Notes under the pieces: generated by a model
What the model saw: the letters and a program-made list of their open reading frames with translations, nothing else
Told to the model about the DNA's origin: nothing
Database searches by the model: none
Part shown: in pieces, positions 47,995-57,753 of the stretch
Position numbering within the stretch: the first letter of the stretch is position 1
Layout: every line of letters begins with the position of its first letter
Made by a program: the position numbers and the translations under genes
Source: Planctomycetota bacterium
Lineage (GTDB): Bacteria; Planctomycetota; PLA2; JAEUHO01
Reading direction: 5' to 3'
Assembly (NCBI GenBank): GCA_965223505.1
Contig: CBDCWP010000013.1
Span: forward strand, 1 to 64,000
Length of the DNA: 64,000 nt

Positions 47995-50900
47995 ATGGCG
48001 CACGCACTGCTCGTCGCCCTCGCGGCGGCACTCACCGGCGCGACGGCCCTCGCCGCGGAACTGCTTTGGATCCGCGGTGTCGGGCGCGCCGTCGGCGCGG
48101 CGCCCACGGCACTCGCGTCCGTCGTCGCGTTCTTCCTGGCCGGGCTCGGCGCGGGCGCCTGGCTCGGCGGGCGAGCGGCCGCGAAGAGCGAGCGCCCCGC
48201 CAAGACCGCCGCCATCCTGCTGCTGGCGGCCGGCATCTGGGTCGCCGTGAGCCCGCTGCTCGTCGGCGCGCTGCCCGACATGCACGCCGCGCTGCGCAGC
48301 CTCTTCGGCATCGAGCTCGGCGCGGCGCGCTGGACCGCGCCGTTCCTCTCGTTGTTCGTCGTGTTGGTCCCGGCCTTGCTCCTCGGCGCCGTGTTTCCGT
48401 TCCTGGTTCGTTTTCGGGTGCACGACCTGCGCGTCGCCGCGCGCCGCACCGGGATGTTGTACGCGTCGCAAACCGTCGGATCCGCCGTCGGCGTGCTGGC
48501 CGTCGTACTGGCGCTTCCAGCGTTCGGCGAAGCATTCAGCCTGCGCATCGCCGGCACCTGCGCGCTCGGCGCGGCGCTGATCCTGCTCGTCCTCGACCGG
48601 CCGCTCCCCCACGGCTCCGGCCCGCCCGGCGAGGCGGTCCCCGGACGTCAGGCGCAGGGGAAGGGTCCGGTCCTGGTCCTCTTCGTCGGCGGCGCCATCG
48701 CTCTGGGCGTCGAGATGGCGTGGTTCCGGATCCTGCTTCCGCTCACCGGCAGTCACACCCTGGGCAGCGCGCTGCTCCTCGGCATCGCCCTGCTGGGCTT
48801 CGGGCTGGGTTCGCTCGCCGCCGGTTGGTTCGCGCCGCGCCTGCGCCGCTGCGATCTCTGGGCGGCGACCGCGCTCGCCGCGGCAGGCTGCCTCTCGTTC
48901 GTCTCGCTGCCGCTCATGGGCGACATCCCGGCACGCGTCGTCTCGGCGCATCCCTCGACCGGCATGGCGCGCTTCAACACGGTTCTGCTGCATGCGGCGT
49001 GGGCGATGATGCCGGCGGCGCTGTGCTTCGGCGCCATCTTCCCCCTGGCGTTCCGCGTTCGCGCCGACTGGACCGGGCAGGCGTCCCGGCCCGCCGGACG
49101 TTTGTTCGCGTGGAACGCCGCGGGCAACGTGGTCGGCAGCTTGCTCGCCGCGACGCTGCTGCTGCCGCTGCTGGGCGCGGAACGAACGCTCCTCATCCTC
49201 GGCATCTGTGCCGTGGCGACGGCCGCGTACCTGCGACTGCGCGCGACGAACACCGCCCGCGCACTGCCGGCACTGCTCACGGCCGGCCCGTTGCTGATCC
49301 TGCTCGTACCCGGCCTGCTCGCCGACGTGATGCAGTCCGGTCCGACGCTCGCGGAGATCGTCGCGGTGCACAAGCCGCTGCCCAAGGGGATGCAGCTCGA
49401 CGACCGCGACGACCTGGACCTGTACGCGGAGATGTTCTGCGGTCGCCCCGCCCGCGATCGCGCGTCCGGTGAGGCCTACCCCGTCTACCAGGGCGTCGCG
49501 AGCGCGATCGAGCTGTTCGAGGAACCCGGCGGCACCGTCGGCCTGCGTCGCGGCGTGCTGCGCGAGGCCCGGTTCGACGCGGACGATCCGGATCTTCCGT
49601 CGACGACGGAGACGGCGCTGGGACTGTTGCCGGCGCTCTTGCACGAGGATCCGAAGCGAGCGCTCGTCGTCGGACACGGCGCGGGCTGGACGGCGGAGGC
49701 CGTGCTCGCCGTCGGCGTCCCGCACGTCGCCGTCGTCGAGATCGATCCCGCGCTGTTCGACGCCGTCGAGGCCTATCGCGGTCATCCGCCGGCGGCGCGC
49801 CGACATCGTGCGGCGCACATCGTCGCGGCAGACGGCCGCGAGGTGTTTCGACAGGCGGCGAACGGACCGGCCGAAAGACGCTACGACGTCATCGCGTCGC
49901 AGCCCAGCCACCCGTGGAGTCCGGTCTCGAGCCACATGTTCACGGCCGAGGCGTATCAGGCGGCGCACGACGCGTTGACCGACGACGGCGTGATGGCGCA
50001 GTGGCTGCAGCTCTTCGACATGACACCCGAGCTGCTGCAATCCGCGGTCGCGACGTTTCGCTCCGTCTTTCCGGAGCTGTGGGCGTGGCAGTTCGAAAGC
50101 GAGATCATCCTCATCGGCTTCCGGGGGAAGCCGCGAATCCATCCGCGCCGATGGAACACGAAGCTGGAAACCGGCAAGCGCGAGCGCAGCGTCGCGCTCG
50201 CCCGGCGTGCCGGCCTGTCGGGGCCCGGCATGCTGTTGAAGCACTTCGTGTTGGACGCCGCCGGCGTGGACCGCGTCATCACGCAGTCCGCGACGCCGCA
50301 TCGTGACGATGTGCCGGCGCTGGAGTTCGAGCTGGCGCGCCGGCGCTTGCGCGGCGACCCGGACCTCGAGGTGCATGCCCTGCTGTTCGCCGGGTTCCCC
50401 CCGAACCTCGCGGCGCTCGTTCCCGATGCGAAGACGCGCGACGCCTGGATCGCGGAGGCGGTGAACGGGTGGCTACAGGCGGGCGACGGCGATCGCGCCC
50501 GGGCGTGGGACGAGAAGTTCCAGTGGGGCTCGAGCGTCGAGGGGCTGCGCGCACGGGCGCGGGTCGCCTTTGCGCGGGACGCGCCGGAGCTCGCGTCGAA
50601 CTTCCTCAAGCTCGCTCTGACGAACGACCCCAAGAACGGCGAGATCGCGGCGGAGCGCATCGGGGCGCTGGAGGCGGTTCTGCACATCCGGTCGCGCGAT
50701 CAGACGGTCCGCAGTGAGATCGAGGGCATCGCGCGCGCGTTCCCGAACGACGGTCGCGTCCTCGCGGCCCTCGCTCGCGCCTACGTGCGAACCGGCGCGA
50801 TCCACAACGCGCGGATCGCGTTCGAAGGCGCGCTCGCGGCGACGGGACATCCGGCGCCGCCCGGCACGGGCTTGCAGTACGCGCGGCTCCTCTTGAGCGC

Positions 50901-51408
50901 ATCGGCGGCAGACCGCGAGACGGCGCGCGAGGCGATGATGAGCGACCCCACGGTCTACGAGGACGCGGACGCGCTGGACCTGGCCATTCGGCTGATGTCG
51001 CTCACGGAGCACGCGAAGCAGGCCGAAGAGCTCGAGCACGTGCGGGCGGGCCTCGAGGCGCAGGACGGACTCCGTGAGCTTCGACGCGCGCAGCGTCTGC
51101 TCGCGCGGCACGACTTCGAGGGCGCTGCCCGGCACGCGGAGCAGGCAACGGAACGCCTGCCGCAGAGCACGGACGCGTGGGAGCTACGCGCGTTGGTGGA
51201 GCTGGCGCGGGCCGGCGCCGCACAAGGCGACGAGTCGGCGGTCGTGAGACACCGGGAGAACGCGACGTCCCACTTCCGAACGGCCCTGGACGCGAGCACG
51301 AGTCCGGCGGCGCGCGAGCGCGCACTGCGCATGCTCGGATGGTACGGACAGGGCGCCACGCTTCTGGACGGGGGCGCATCCCCCGACGACGCTGCGTTCC
51401 CCAACTGA
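47995..51408 (+). CDS. Multi-TM (MFS-like) plus spermidine synthase-like methyltransferase plus TPR fusion protein
   Basis: Repeated TM modules; PKRALVVGHGAGWT, VVEIDP, ADGRE, YDVIASQPSHPW; start at MAHALL (TACGCT 8 nt upstream; alternative 47905). Confidence 0.85.
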   Translation: MAHALLVALAAALTGATALAAELLWIRGVGRAVGAAPTALASVVAFFLAGLGAGAWLGGRAAAKSERPAKTAAILLLAAGIWVAVSPLLVGALPDMHAALRSLFGIELGAARWTAPFLSLFVVLVPALLLGAVFPFLVRFRVHDLRVAARRTGMLYASQTVGSAVGVLAVVLALPAFGEAFSLRIAGTCALGAALILLVLDRPLPHGSGPPGEAVPGRQAQGKGPVLVLFVGGAIALGVEMAWFRILLPLTGSHTLGSALLLGIALLGFGLGSLAAGWFAPRLRRCDLWAATALAAAGCLSFVSLPLMGDIPARVVSAHPSTGMARFNTVLLHAAWAMMPAALCFGAIFPLAFRVRADWTGQASRPAGRLFAWNAAGNVVGSLLAATLLLPLLGAERTLLILGICAVATAAYLRLRATNTARALPALLTAGPLLILLVPGLLADVMQSGPTLAEIVAVHKPLPKGMQLDDRDDLDLYAEMFCGRPARDRASGEAYPVYQGVASAIELFEEPGGTVGLRRGVLREARFDADDPDLPSTTETALGLLPALLHEDPKRALVVGHGAGWTAEAVLAVGVPHVAVVEIDPALFDAVEAYRGHPPAARRHRAAHIVAADGREVFRQAANGPAERRYDVIASQPSHPWSPVSSHMFTAEAYQAAHDALTDDGVMAQWLQLFDMTPELLQSAVATFRSVFPELWAWQFESEIILIGFRGKPRIHPRRWNTKLETGKRERSVALARRAGLSGPGMLLKHFVLDAAGVDRVITQSATPHRDDVPALEFELARRRLRGDPDLEVHALLFAGFPPNLAALVPDAKTRDAWIAEAVNGWLQAGDGDRARAWDEKFQWGSSVEGLRARARVAFARDAPELASNFLKLALTNDPKNGEIAAERIGALEAVLHIRSRDQTVRSEIEGIARAFPNDGRVLAALARAYVRTGAIHNARIAFEGALAATGHPAPPGTGLQYARLLLSASAADRETAREAMMSDPTVYEDADALDLAIRLMSLTEHAKQAEELEHVRAGLEAQDGLRELRRAQRLLARHDFEGAARHAEQATERLPQSTDAWELRALVELARAGAAQGDESAVVRHRENATSHFRTALDASTSPAARERALRMLGWYGQGATLLDGGASPDDAAFPN

Positions 51409-51417
51409 GAGACCTGA

Positions 51418-52656
51418 ATGCCCGATGCCCCCGCAGACCCGGACCGTCCGAACGAGTCCGACGGCGCGTCCGATGTGGTTCGTCTGGACGCGCCGAACGA
51501 CGAACCGGCGGTGTGGATCGAGAAACGCGGTGCGCTCGAGCAGCTCTGCGACGAGCTACGGCGCTGCGCGGAGGTCGCGCTCGACTCGGAGTCGAACTCG
51601 ATGCACGCGTACAGGGAGCGCACGTGCATCGTGCAGCTGACGGCAAACGGCCGGCACGCGATCATCGACGTCATCGCGCTCGGGAATCTGGCCCCGCTCC
51701 GAGCGGCGCTCGACCGGCCCGACGTCGAGGTCGTCATGCACGGAGGCGACTACGACGTCAGCTGTCTGACGCGCGACTTCGACTTCCGGTTCGACCGGGT
51801 GTTCGACACGATGATCGCCGCGACCATACTGTGCGAAGAGCGCGTGGGGCTGGCGGATCTCGTCGCGAAGTACTTCGGCGAGCGTCTCGAGAAGAAGTTC
51901 CAACGCGCGGACTGGGCCCGGCGCCCGCTCTCGAAGGAGCAGCTCGACTATCTGCAGCGCGACACGATCTACCTGCCCGCGCTGCGCGCCCACCTGGCGG
52001 AGGAGCTGAAGCGCAACAGACTCTGGGAAGAGGCCGAGATCGAGTTCCGCCACCTGGCGACGCGACGCGGAAGACGGCTCGAGACGGACCCGGACGGGTG
52101 GCGTCGCATCAAGGGCGCCCGCAAGCTCGATGGCGTCGGGCGCACCGTCTTGCGCGCGCTGCACCTGTGGCGCGAGGAACGCGCGCAGCAGCGGGACGTA
52201 CCGCCGTTCAAGGTGTTTCCGCCGCGCACCATGTTGCAGCTCGCGGCGCAGCCGCCGCGCAAGGCGCGCTTCCCGCGCGAGCTTCCGTTTCTCTCCCATC
52301 GCGAACGCTCGCGGTACGGCCGCCAGCTCATCGCAGCGATCCAGGAAGGCCTCGAGGCGCACGCGCGCGGCGACGTACCGCCGCGCAACGATCGGCCCAC
52401 GCTGTCCAAGGAAGAGGCCCGCGCCGCGCGCGCGCGCAAGCGACGCGAAGACACGTTGCGCGACTGGCGGCGCAAGGAGTTGGCGAAGCGCAAGGACGTA
52501 CCGGGCCTGGTCATCCTGCCGAACCGCGCGATCGCATGGTTGGCTGAGGAGATGCCGGCGTCATTGGACGCGATGCACGCATGCCCCGACATCGGATCCA
52601 AGCGGATCGAACGCTACGGCAACGCCATCCTCGACGTCTTGAACGCGCTGCGCTAG
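51418..52656 (+). CDS. rnd: Ribonuclease D with HRDC domains
   Basis: ALDSESNS, HGGDYD, FDTMIAA, QRADWARRPLS, YLQRD, WREERAQQRDVPP. Confidence 0.88.
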   Translation: MPDAPADPDRPNESDGASDVVRLDAPNDEPAVWIEKRGALEQLCDELRRCAEVALDSESNSMHAYRERTCIVQLTANGRHAIIDVIALGNLAPLRAALDRPDVEVVMHGGDYDVSCLTRDFDFRFDRVFDTMIAATILCEERVGLADLVAKYFGERLEKKFQRADWARRPLSKEQLDYLQRDTIYLPALRAHLAEELKRNRLWEEAEIEFRHLATRRGRRLETDPDGWRRIKGARKLDGVGRTVLRALHLWREERAQQRDVPPFKVFPPRTMLQLAAQPPRKARFPRELPFLSHRERSRYGRQLIAAIQEGLEAHARGDVPPRNDRPTLSKEEARAARARKRREDTLRDWRRKELAKRKDVPGLVILPNRAIAWLAEEMPASLDAMHACPDIGSKRIERYGNAILDVLNALR

Positions 52657-52666
52657 CGCGGCTGCG

Positions 52667-52972
52667 TCAGACTTCCCAGTCGACGTCGTCGTCGTCGTCG
52701 ACGTCGACCTCCAGGTCGTCGTCCAGGTCGTCGTCGTCATCGAAGTCGTCGTCGTCGTCGTCGTCGTCGAAGTCGTCGTCGAGCTCGTCGTCGAGGTCGT
52801 CATCGAGGTCGTCATCCAGATCGTCCTCGAGATCGTCGTCGAGGTCGTCATCCAGATCTTCGTCGAGGTCGTCGTCCAGATCGTCGTCGTCGTCGAGGTC
52901 GTCGTCACTCGAGACGGGAAACCCGGCTCGGGCGGAGCACAACTCCTCCAGCCACTCATCGAACACGAACAT
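52667..52972 (-). CDS. Extremely acidic (DDDL)n low-complexity protein
   Basis: GGAGG RBS; 64 of 101 residues are Asp/Glu; synonymous variation among repeat units. Confidence 0.7.
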   Translation of the reverse strand: MFVFDEWLEELCSARAGFPVSSDDDLDDDDDLDDDLDEDLDDDLDDDLEDDLDDDLDDDLDDELDDDFDDDDDDDDFDDDDDLDDDLEVDVDDDDDVDWEV

Positions 52973-53055
52973 GGGCTTTCCTCCGACCGGGTCAATTCGT
53001 ACCTATACCCATTCGGATTGGGGAGTCAAGAGCGCCGATCTACGCTGGGCGCGCA

Positions 53056-54705
53056 ATGCAGATTGCCATCGCCCAGCTGAACACGACCACCGGCGACGTC
53101 GCGGGGAACTGCGCCCGCATTTCGGACGGCTGGCGGCGCGCCGCCGAAGCCGGTGCGGACCTCTACGTCGTTCCGGAGCTGGCCGTGATCGGCTACCCCC
53201 CGCGCGACCTGCTGCTGCGCGACGGGGTGGTGCGCGCCGTCGAAAGAGCCACAGAGGCGTTGGCCCGTGAGGGAGCGGGCGGCCCGCCGGCCATCGTCGG
53301 AACGATCATCCGCAACCCCAGCGAGACGGGACCGGCGCTTTGCAATGCAGCCGCGTTCCTGAGCGGCGGCAAGATCGAACGCGTCTACGCCAAGCGGCTG
53401 CTGCCGACGTACGACGTCTTCGACGAGCGGCGCTACTTCGCGCCCGGCGACGAGGCGGTCGTCGTGGACGTAGGAGGTAGGCACGTCGGGGTGTTGGTCT
53501 GCGAGGACCTGTGGGGCGCCGACCGCGTGAACGGACGCAGGCTCTACGAAGCCGATCCGCCGGGCGACCTCATGCAGGCGGGCGTCGACGTCGTCGTGGG
53601 CATCTCGGCGTCGCCGTACCACGGCGGCAAGGACTCGCACCGCCGGGACCTGTTCGCGGCGGAGGCGCGGCGGATGGGCGTCCCCCTCGTGTCCGTGCAG
53701 CAGGTCGGCGGCAACGACGACGTGTTGTTCGACGGCCGCAGCCGCGTGTTCGACGGAATGGGCCGCGTGATCGCGTGCCTCGCCGCGTTCGAAGAGGAAT
53801 TCGCCGTCGTCGATCTCGACGCGTCCGAGCCGCTCACGCTCGTCGATCCTCCGGACGAAGCGGAGGAGACGCGGCGCGCGCTCGTCATGGGTCTTCGTGA
53901 CTACGGCCGCAAGGTGGGGATGAGCACCGGGCTCATCGGACTGTCGGGCGGTGTCGACTCGGCGGTCGTCGCGTGCCTCGCGTGCGAGGCGTTCGGCGCG
54001 AAGAACGTCCTCGGTGTCAGCATGCCCGGACCGTTCACTTCGGACGCCAGCAAGGCCGACGCGCGCGCGCTCGCCGACAACCTCGGGATGGAGCTGATGG
54101 AGATCTCCATCCAGAAGCCGTACGAGGCGGCGCTGGAGGCGCTCGCGCCGTTCTTCGCGGGACGCGCGTTCGACGTGACCGAGGAGAATCTGCAGGCGCG
54201 GATGCGCGGGACGTATCTGATGGCGCTCTCGAACAAGCTCGGGCATCTCGTGCTGTCGACCGGCAACAAGAGCGAGGTTGCCGTCGGCTATTGCACGCTC
54301 TACGGCGACATGAACGGCGGCCTGGCGGTTCTCTCTGACGTCTGGAAGACGATGGTCTACGACATCGCGCGGCGCTACATGGGCGAGGGGTTCATCCCGG
54401 AGCGTACGGTGACGCGGCCGCCTTCGGCCGAGCTGGCGCCGGACCAGACCGACCAGGACTCGCTGCCGCCGTACGACGTGCTCGACCGCATTCTCGATCT
54501 GCGCATCGAGCAGGGGGCGAGTCTGCGGGAGATCGTGGAGAGCGGAGAGGATGCGGCGGTGGTCGAGCGCGTGCTGCGGATGGTGGAGCGCAACGAGTAC
54601 AAGCGCCGACAGATGGCGCCGGGACTGAAGGTGACGCCGACGGCCTTCGGTGTGGGCTGGAGAATGCCGATTGCCAGGCCGGTGGATCTGAGCGGAGAGA
54701 TGTAG
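53056..54705 (+). CDS. nadE: Glutamine-dependent NAD+ synthetase
   Basis: Nitrilase domain (PEL, KRLLPTYDVFDE, VCEDLW); GLSGGVDS, ENLQAR, TGNKSE, PSAELAPDQ. Confidence 0.96.
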   Translation: MQIAIAQLNTTTGDVAGNCARISDGWRRAAEAGADLYVVPELAVIGYPPRDLLLRDGVVRAVERATEALAREGAGGPPAIVGTIIRNPSETGPALCNAAAFLSGGKIERVYAKRLLPTYDVFDERRYFAPGDEAVVVDVGGRHVGVLVCEDLWGADRVNGRRLYEADPPGDLMQAGVDVVVGISASPYHGGKDSHRRDLFAAEARRMGVPLVSVQQVGGNDDVLFDGRSRVFDGMGRVIACLAAFEEEFAVVDLDASEPLTLVDPPDEAEETRRALVMGLRDYGRKVGMSTGLIGLSGGVDSAVVACLACEAFGAKNVLGVSMPGPFTSDASKADARALADNLGMELMEISIQKPYEAALEALAPFFAGRAFDVTEENLQARMRGTYLMALSNKLGHLVLSTGNKSEVAVGYCTLYGDMNGGLAVLSDVWKTMVYDIARRYMGEGFIPERTVTRPPSAELAPDQTDQDSLPPYDVLDRILDLRIEQGASLREIVESGEDAAVVERVLRMVERNEYKRRQMAPGLKVTPTAFGVGWRMPIARPVDLSGEM

Positions 54706-54732
54706 GCGGGAGTCGGGAACGTCTCCGGTTGC

Positions 54733-55968
54733 TCAGGCGCCTCTTCGCGCTCGCCGCTCCGAGTGACGCGGCGGCCTTGCCTCCTTCGTTCGTCCGGGAC
54801 CCGACTCGACATCGCCGACCGACATCCAGACCGACTTCAGATACCGGCCCTCGGGGACGTTCGCCGCCACCGGGTGATCGCCCGGCGCCCCGCCGACGTG
54901 CAGGAAACGCACGTGCCGCTTCGTATCCAGCGCCACGTCACGCAGCACGCCGAGAAACGCGTCCTCGCTCACCAACCCGGAACACGAGTTCGTCAGCACG
55001 ACCCCGCCGGGCTGGACGGCCTCGAGCGCGAGCCGATTCAAGTCCCGGTACTTCGCGAGCGCCGCGCTCAGTCCCGTACGGCCCCGCGCCCACTTGGCCG
55101 GGTCGATGATCAGAACCTGCGGCCGGGCCGCGGGCGGGCCGCTCCCCATCGTGCGCAGCGCGTCGAACACGTCGCCGTGCCGGAAGTCGACCGTCAGGTC
55201 GTTGAGCTCGGCGTTGCGACGGCCTTGCGCGAGCGCGTCTTCGTCCAGATCCATCGCGGTCACCGTCGTCGCGCCGCCCTTGGCGGCGGCGAGCGCGAAT
55301 CCGCCCGTGTACGTCATGCCGTCGAAGACCGACCGGCCGCGGGCCAATTCCATGAGCCGCGCGCGGTTGTCGCGCTGATCGAGGAAGAACCCTGTCTTGT
55401 GTCCGCCCGCCGGATCGACGCGGAACCGCACGCCGTTCTCGTGGATCTCGACCGGACGCATGCGCGGATGCGGCGGCGGCGGGATGCCCTCCTGCTGCGC
55501 GCTCTTCGCATCGACGCGGAAGACGACGTCTTTCGCGCCCGCCTCTTCGCGCAGTACGCGCTCGAGCTCCTTGCGCCGCTTGTACCACCCGATGCTGTAG
55601 ATCGCCGCCACCACGACCTCCCGGTAGCGGTCGACGACCAGACCCGGCAACCCGTCGGCTTCGGCATGCGCCAGGCGCCACGCGTTCGTCGTCTCGGGAA
55701 GGCGCAGGATGTCGCGTCGGAGCGTGTCCGCGGCGCGGACCTTCGCCCGCAGCCACGCTTCGTCCGGCACGAGGTTCGGGAAGTACGTCAGCATGCGCAC
55801 GCTGATCATCGAGCGCGTGTGTGCGAAGCCGTACCCGATGGGACGGCCCTCACGGGTCTTCACCTGGACGACGTCGCCGTCGCGCACGCTTCGGTCCATG
55901 CGCAGGACGCGCTTGGAGTAGATGTACGGATGGACGGGCGGACCGCCGCGCAGGACGACTTCGGACAT
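54733..55968 (-). CDS. rlmI: PUA-domain rRNA m5C methyltransferase (RlmI-like)
   Basis: HPYIYS, EADGLPGLVVDRY, GHKTGFFLDQRDNR, YTGGF, NSCSG, DHPV...EGRYLK. Confidence 0.85.
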   Translation of the reverse strand: MSEVVLRGGPPVHPYIYSKRVLRMDRSVRDGDVVQVKTREGRPIGYGFAHTRSMISVRMLTYFPNLVPDEAWLRAKVRAADTLRRDILRLPETTNAWRLAHAEADGLPGLVVDRYREVVVAAIYSIGWYKRRKELERVLREEAGAKDVVFRVDAKSAQQEGIPPPPHPRMRPVEIHENGVRFRVDPAGGHKTGFFLDQRDNRARLMELARGRSVFDGMTYTGGFALAAAKGGATTVTAMDLDEDALAQGRRNAELNDLTVDFRHGDVFDALRTMGSGPPAARPQVLIIDPAKWARGRTGLSAALAKYRDLNRLALEAVQPGGVVLTNSCSGLVSEDAFLGVLRDVALDTKRHVRFLHVGGAPGDHPVAANVPEGRYLKSVWMSVGDVESGPGRTKEARPPRHSERRARRGA

Positions 55969-56037
55969 GGGTGCGAGAGCCTCGTTCCGTTGGGCCGCGT
56001 CGCGAGCCCGGGGAGTTTTCCGACAGAGCCTAAGAGC

Positions 56038-57225
56038 CTACGCCTCGATGCCGATCTGTGCCGCGGCGATGGCGAAGTCGCGAGACAGCTCCTTTGCCGT
56101 CGGTCGGTCCGTGGGCCGCGGCAGCAGGCCCGAGAGCAATGCGTTCTGCATCGACCCGGGCACGGTACGGCCGAGTTCCTCCAGCTTGGGCGGCAACGCG
56201 CCGGCCTGCGCCAGCGTCTCGAGCACGTCGCCGCCCTGCGCGGGCGGCCGCCCGGCGACCAGCGCATAGCCCACGGCCGCGATCCCGTAGACGTCGACCG
56301 CGGGCGTCGCGCTCGTGCCCTCGACGACGACCTCGGGCGCGATGTAGCCCGGCGTGCCGAGCACACCCGGCGACGGCTCGATGCCCTCTTCGGCGCGTAC
56401 CGCGTGTCCGAAGTCGATCAACACGCCCGCGCCGGCCGGGCGCACGATCACGTTGCCCGGCGAGATGTCGCGGTGAATCACGCCGCGCGCGTGCAGATGC
56501 GCCACGGCCTCGCTCAAGCTGCAGAGCACCGCCACGGCCTGCCCCGGGTCGATGCCGCCGATGCGCACCAGATCGCTCGCGGGTTGCCCCGTCTCGAACC
56601 GCGTCGCCATCCAGCGCACATAGCCGTCGTCGGTGTTCGCGAGGCCCCCGTCGATCACCGGCGCGAGCGCGTCGTGCGGACCGCCCGCGAGCGCGGTCAG
56701 CGTGCGCAGGTATCGATCGCCGTCTTGGAACGACGGCACGCGTCCGAGCACCTTGACGATCAGCGAGTCCCCTTCGGCTTCACGCTGCACGCGGCGCGAG
56801 CGGCCGTCGGATCCGATCGGCGCACCTTCCCCCCACGCCCACGGTCCGAAGCGCGCCGCGCGACTCTCGGGGTGGTTCGACCACGCCTCCGCCCACGAAG
56901 CGCCCTCCGGAACGAAGCTCCCCTCCATGGGATTCGAGAACCGCAGGCGCACGGGCGGATCGTCGTCAGGCCGCGTGAGCTGCACGACGTCCCCGTCGCG
57001 CAGCGGCATCATCGGAACGCTCTTGCCATTGACGTAGACACGCTCGTCCTCGGTGGCGGTGAGCACGAACTCACCTTTTAGATAGCGCAGACGCGCGTGT
57101 CGCGGTCCGACACGTGGATCTCGCAGCACGAGGTGGCAGTCCAGATCACGTCCGATCCAGAACCGGCCCGTCGTCACGGGGACGCGGGCGCCGGTGGCGT
57201 CTTCGCGCACGAGGGCGACGGGCAT
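56038..57225 (-). CDS. FHA-domain Ser/Thr protein kinase
   Basis: IGRDLDC FHA; IVKVL, HRDISPGNV, DFG, GTPGYIAPE, DVYG. Alternative start 57282. Confidence 0.88.
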   Translation of the reverse strand: MPVALVREDATGARVPVTTGRFWIGRDLDCHLVLRDPRVGPRHARLRYLKGEFVLTATEDERVYVNGKSVPMMPLRDGDVVQLTRPDDDPPVRLRFSNPMEGSFVPEGASWAEAWSNHPESRAARFGPWAWGEGAPIGSDGRSRRVQREAEGDSLIVKVLGRVPSFQDGDRYLRTLTALAGGPHDALAPVIDGGLANTDDGYVRWMATRFETGQPASDLVRIGGIDPGQAVAVLCSLSEAVAHLHARGVIHRDISPGNVIVRPAGAGVLIDFGHAVRAEEGIEPSPGVLGTPGYIAPEVVVEGTSATPAVDVYGIAAVGYALVAGRPPAQGGDVLETLAQAGALPPKLEELGRTVPGSMQNALLSGLLPRPTDRPTAKELSRDFAIAAAQIGIEA

Positions 57226-57241
57226 CAGCGACGGCCCCGCA

Positions 57242-57580
57242 TCACGGATGGCTCCGGTAGACGATCTCGCATCCGCCGGCATCGACGACGTCGCCGTCCT
57301 TGAGCAACGCTTTGCCGGGGAACGGAGCGCCGTTCAACAGGGTGCCGTTCGTGGACTCGAGGTCGCGTACGACGTGCCCGCCCATCGCCTCCTCTTCGGC
57401 GGCCGTGTCCTCCATGCGGACCGTGCCGCGCGCGGGCTCGAAGCTGACGTGCCGGCGCGACGCCCGCGGCGCCTCGATGGGCACGTCGCAGTCCTGGGAG
57501 CGGCCGACGATCACCTCGTCCGCGGGACGCAGGTCCAGCAGGTAGGTTCGATCCCGGTCCTTGACGATGAGCTTGGCCAA
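57242..57580 (-). CDS. Stand-alone FHA domain protein
   Basis: VGRS, ASRRH, DLESTNGT, LKDGD; TTG start with GGAG upstream. Confidence 0.88.
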   Translation of the reverse strand: MAKLIVKDRDRTYLLDLRPADEVIVGRSQDCDVPIEAPRASRRHVSFEPARGTVRMEDTAAEEEAMGGHVVRDLESTNGTLLNGAPFPGKALLKDGDVVDAGGCEIVYRSHP

Positions 57581-57753
57581 CGGCGACTCCGGCTGCCTCC
57601 CGGCGGGCTTGGGGGGCCAGCGTATCGCGGTCTGACGGCCATGCGAACCAGCGCGCGAAGATGGCCGAATTCGGGTTCGGCTTGTTGTGGGATCCGCGCG
57701 ATCCGCGGCCTACATTCACGCGGTTCAGCCCCTCGAAACGTGGAATTCAGGCC

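Noticed and set aside
52680..52910. Repetitive gtcgtc DNA as a CRISPR array or Ser/Arg-rich + strand ORF
   Set aside because: No repeat-spacer structure; explained by the minus-strand Asp-rich ORF, which has an RBS.
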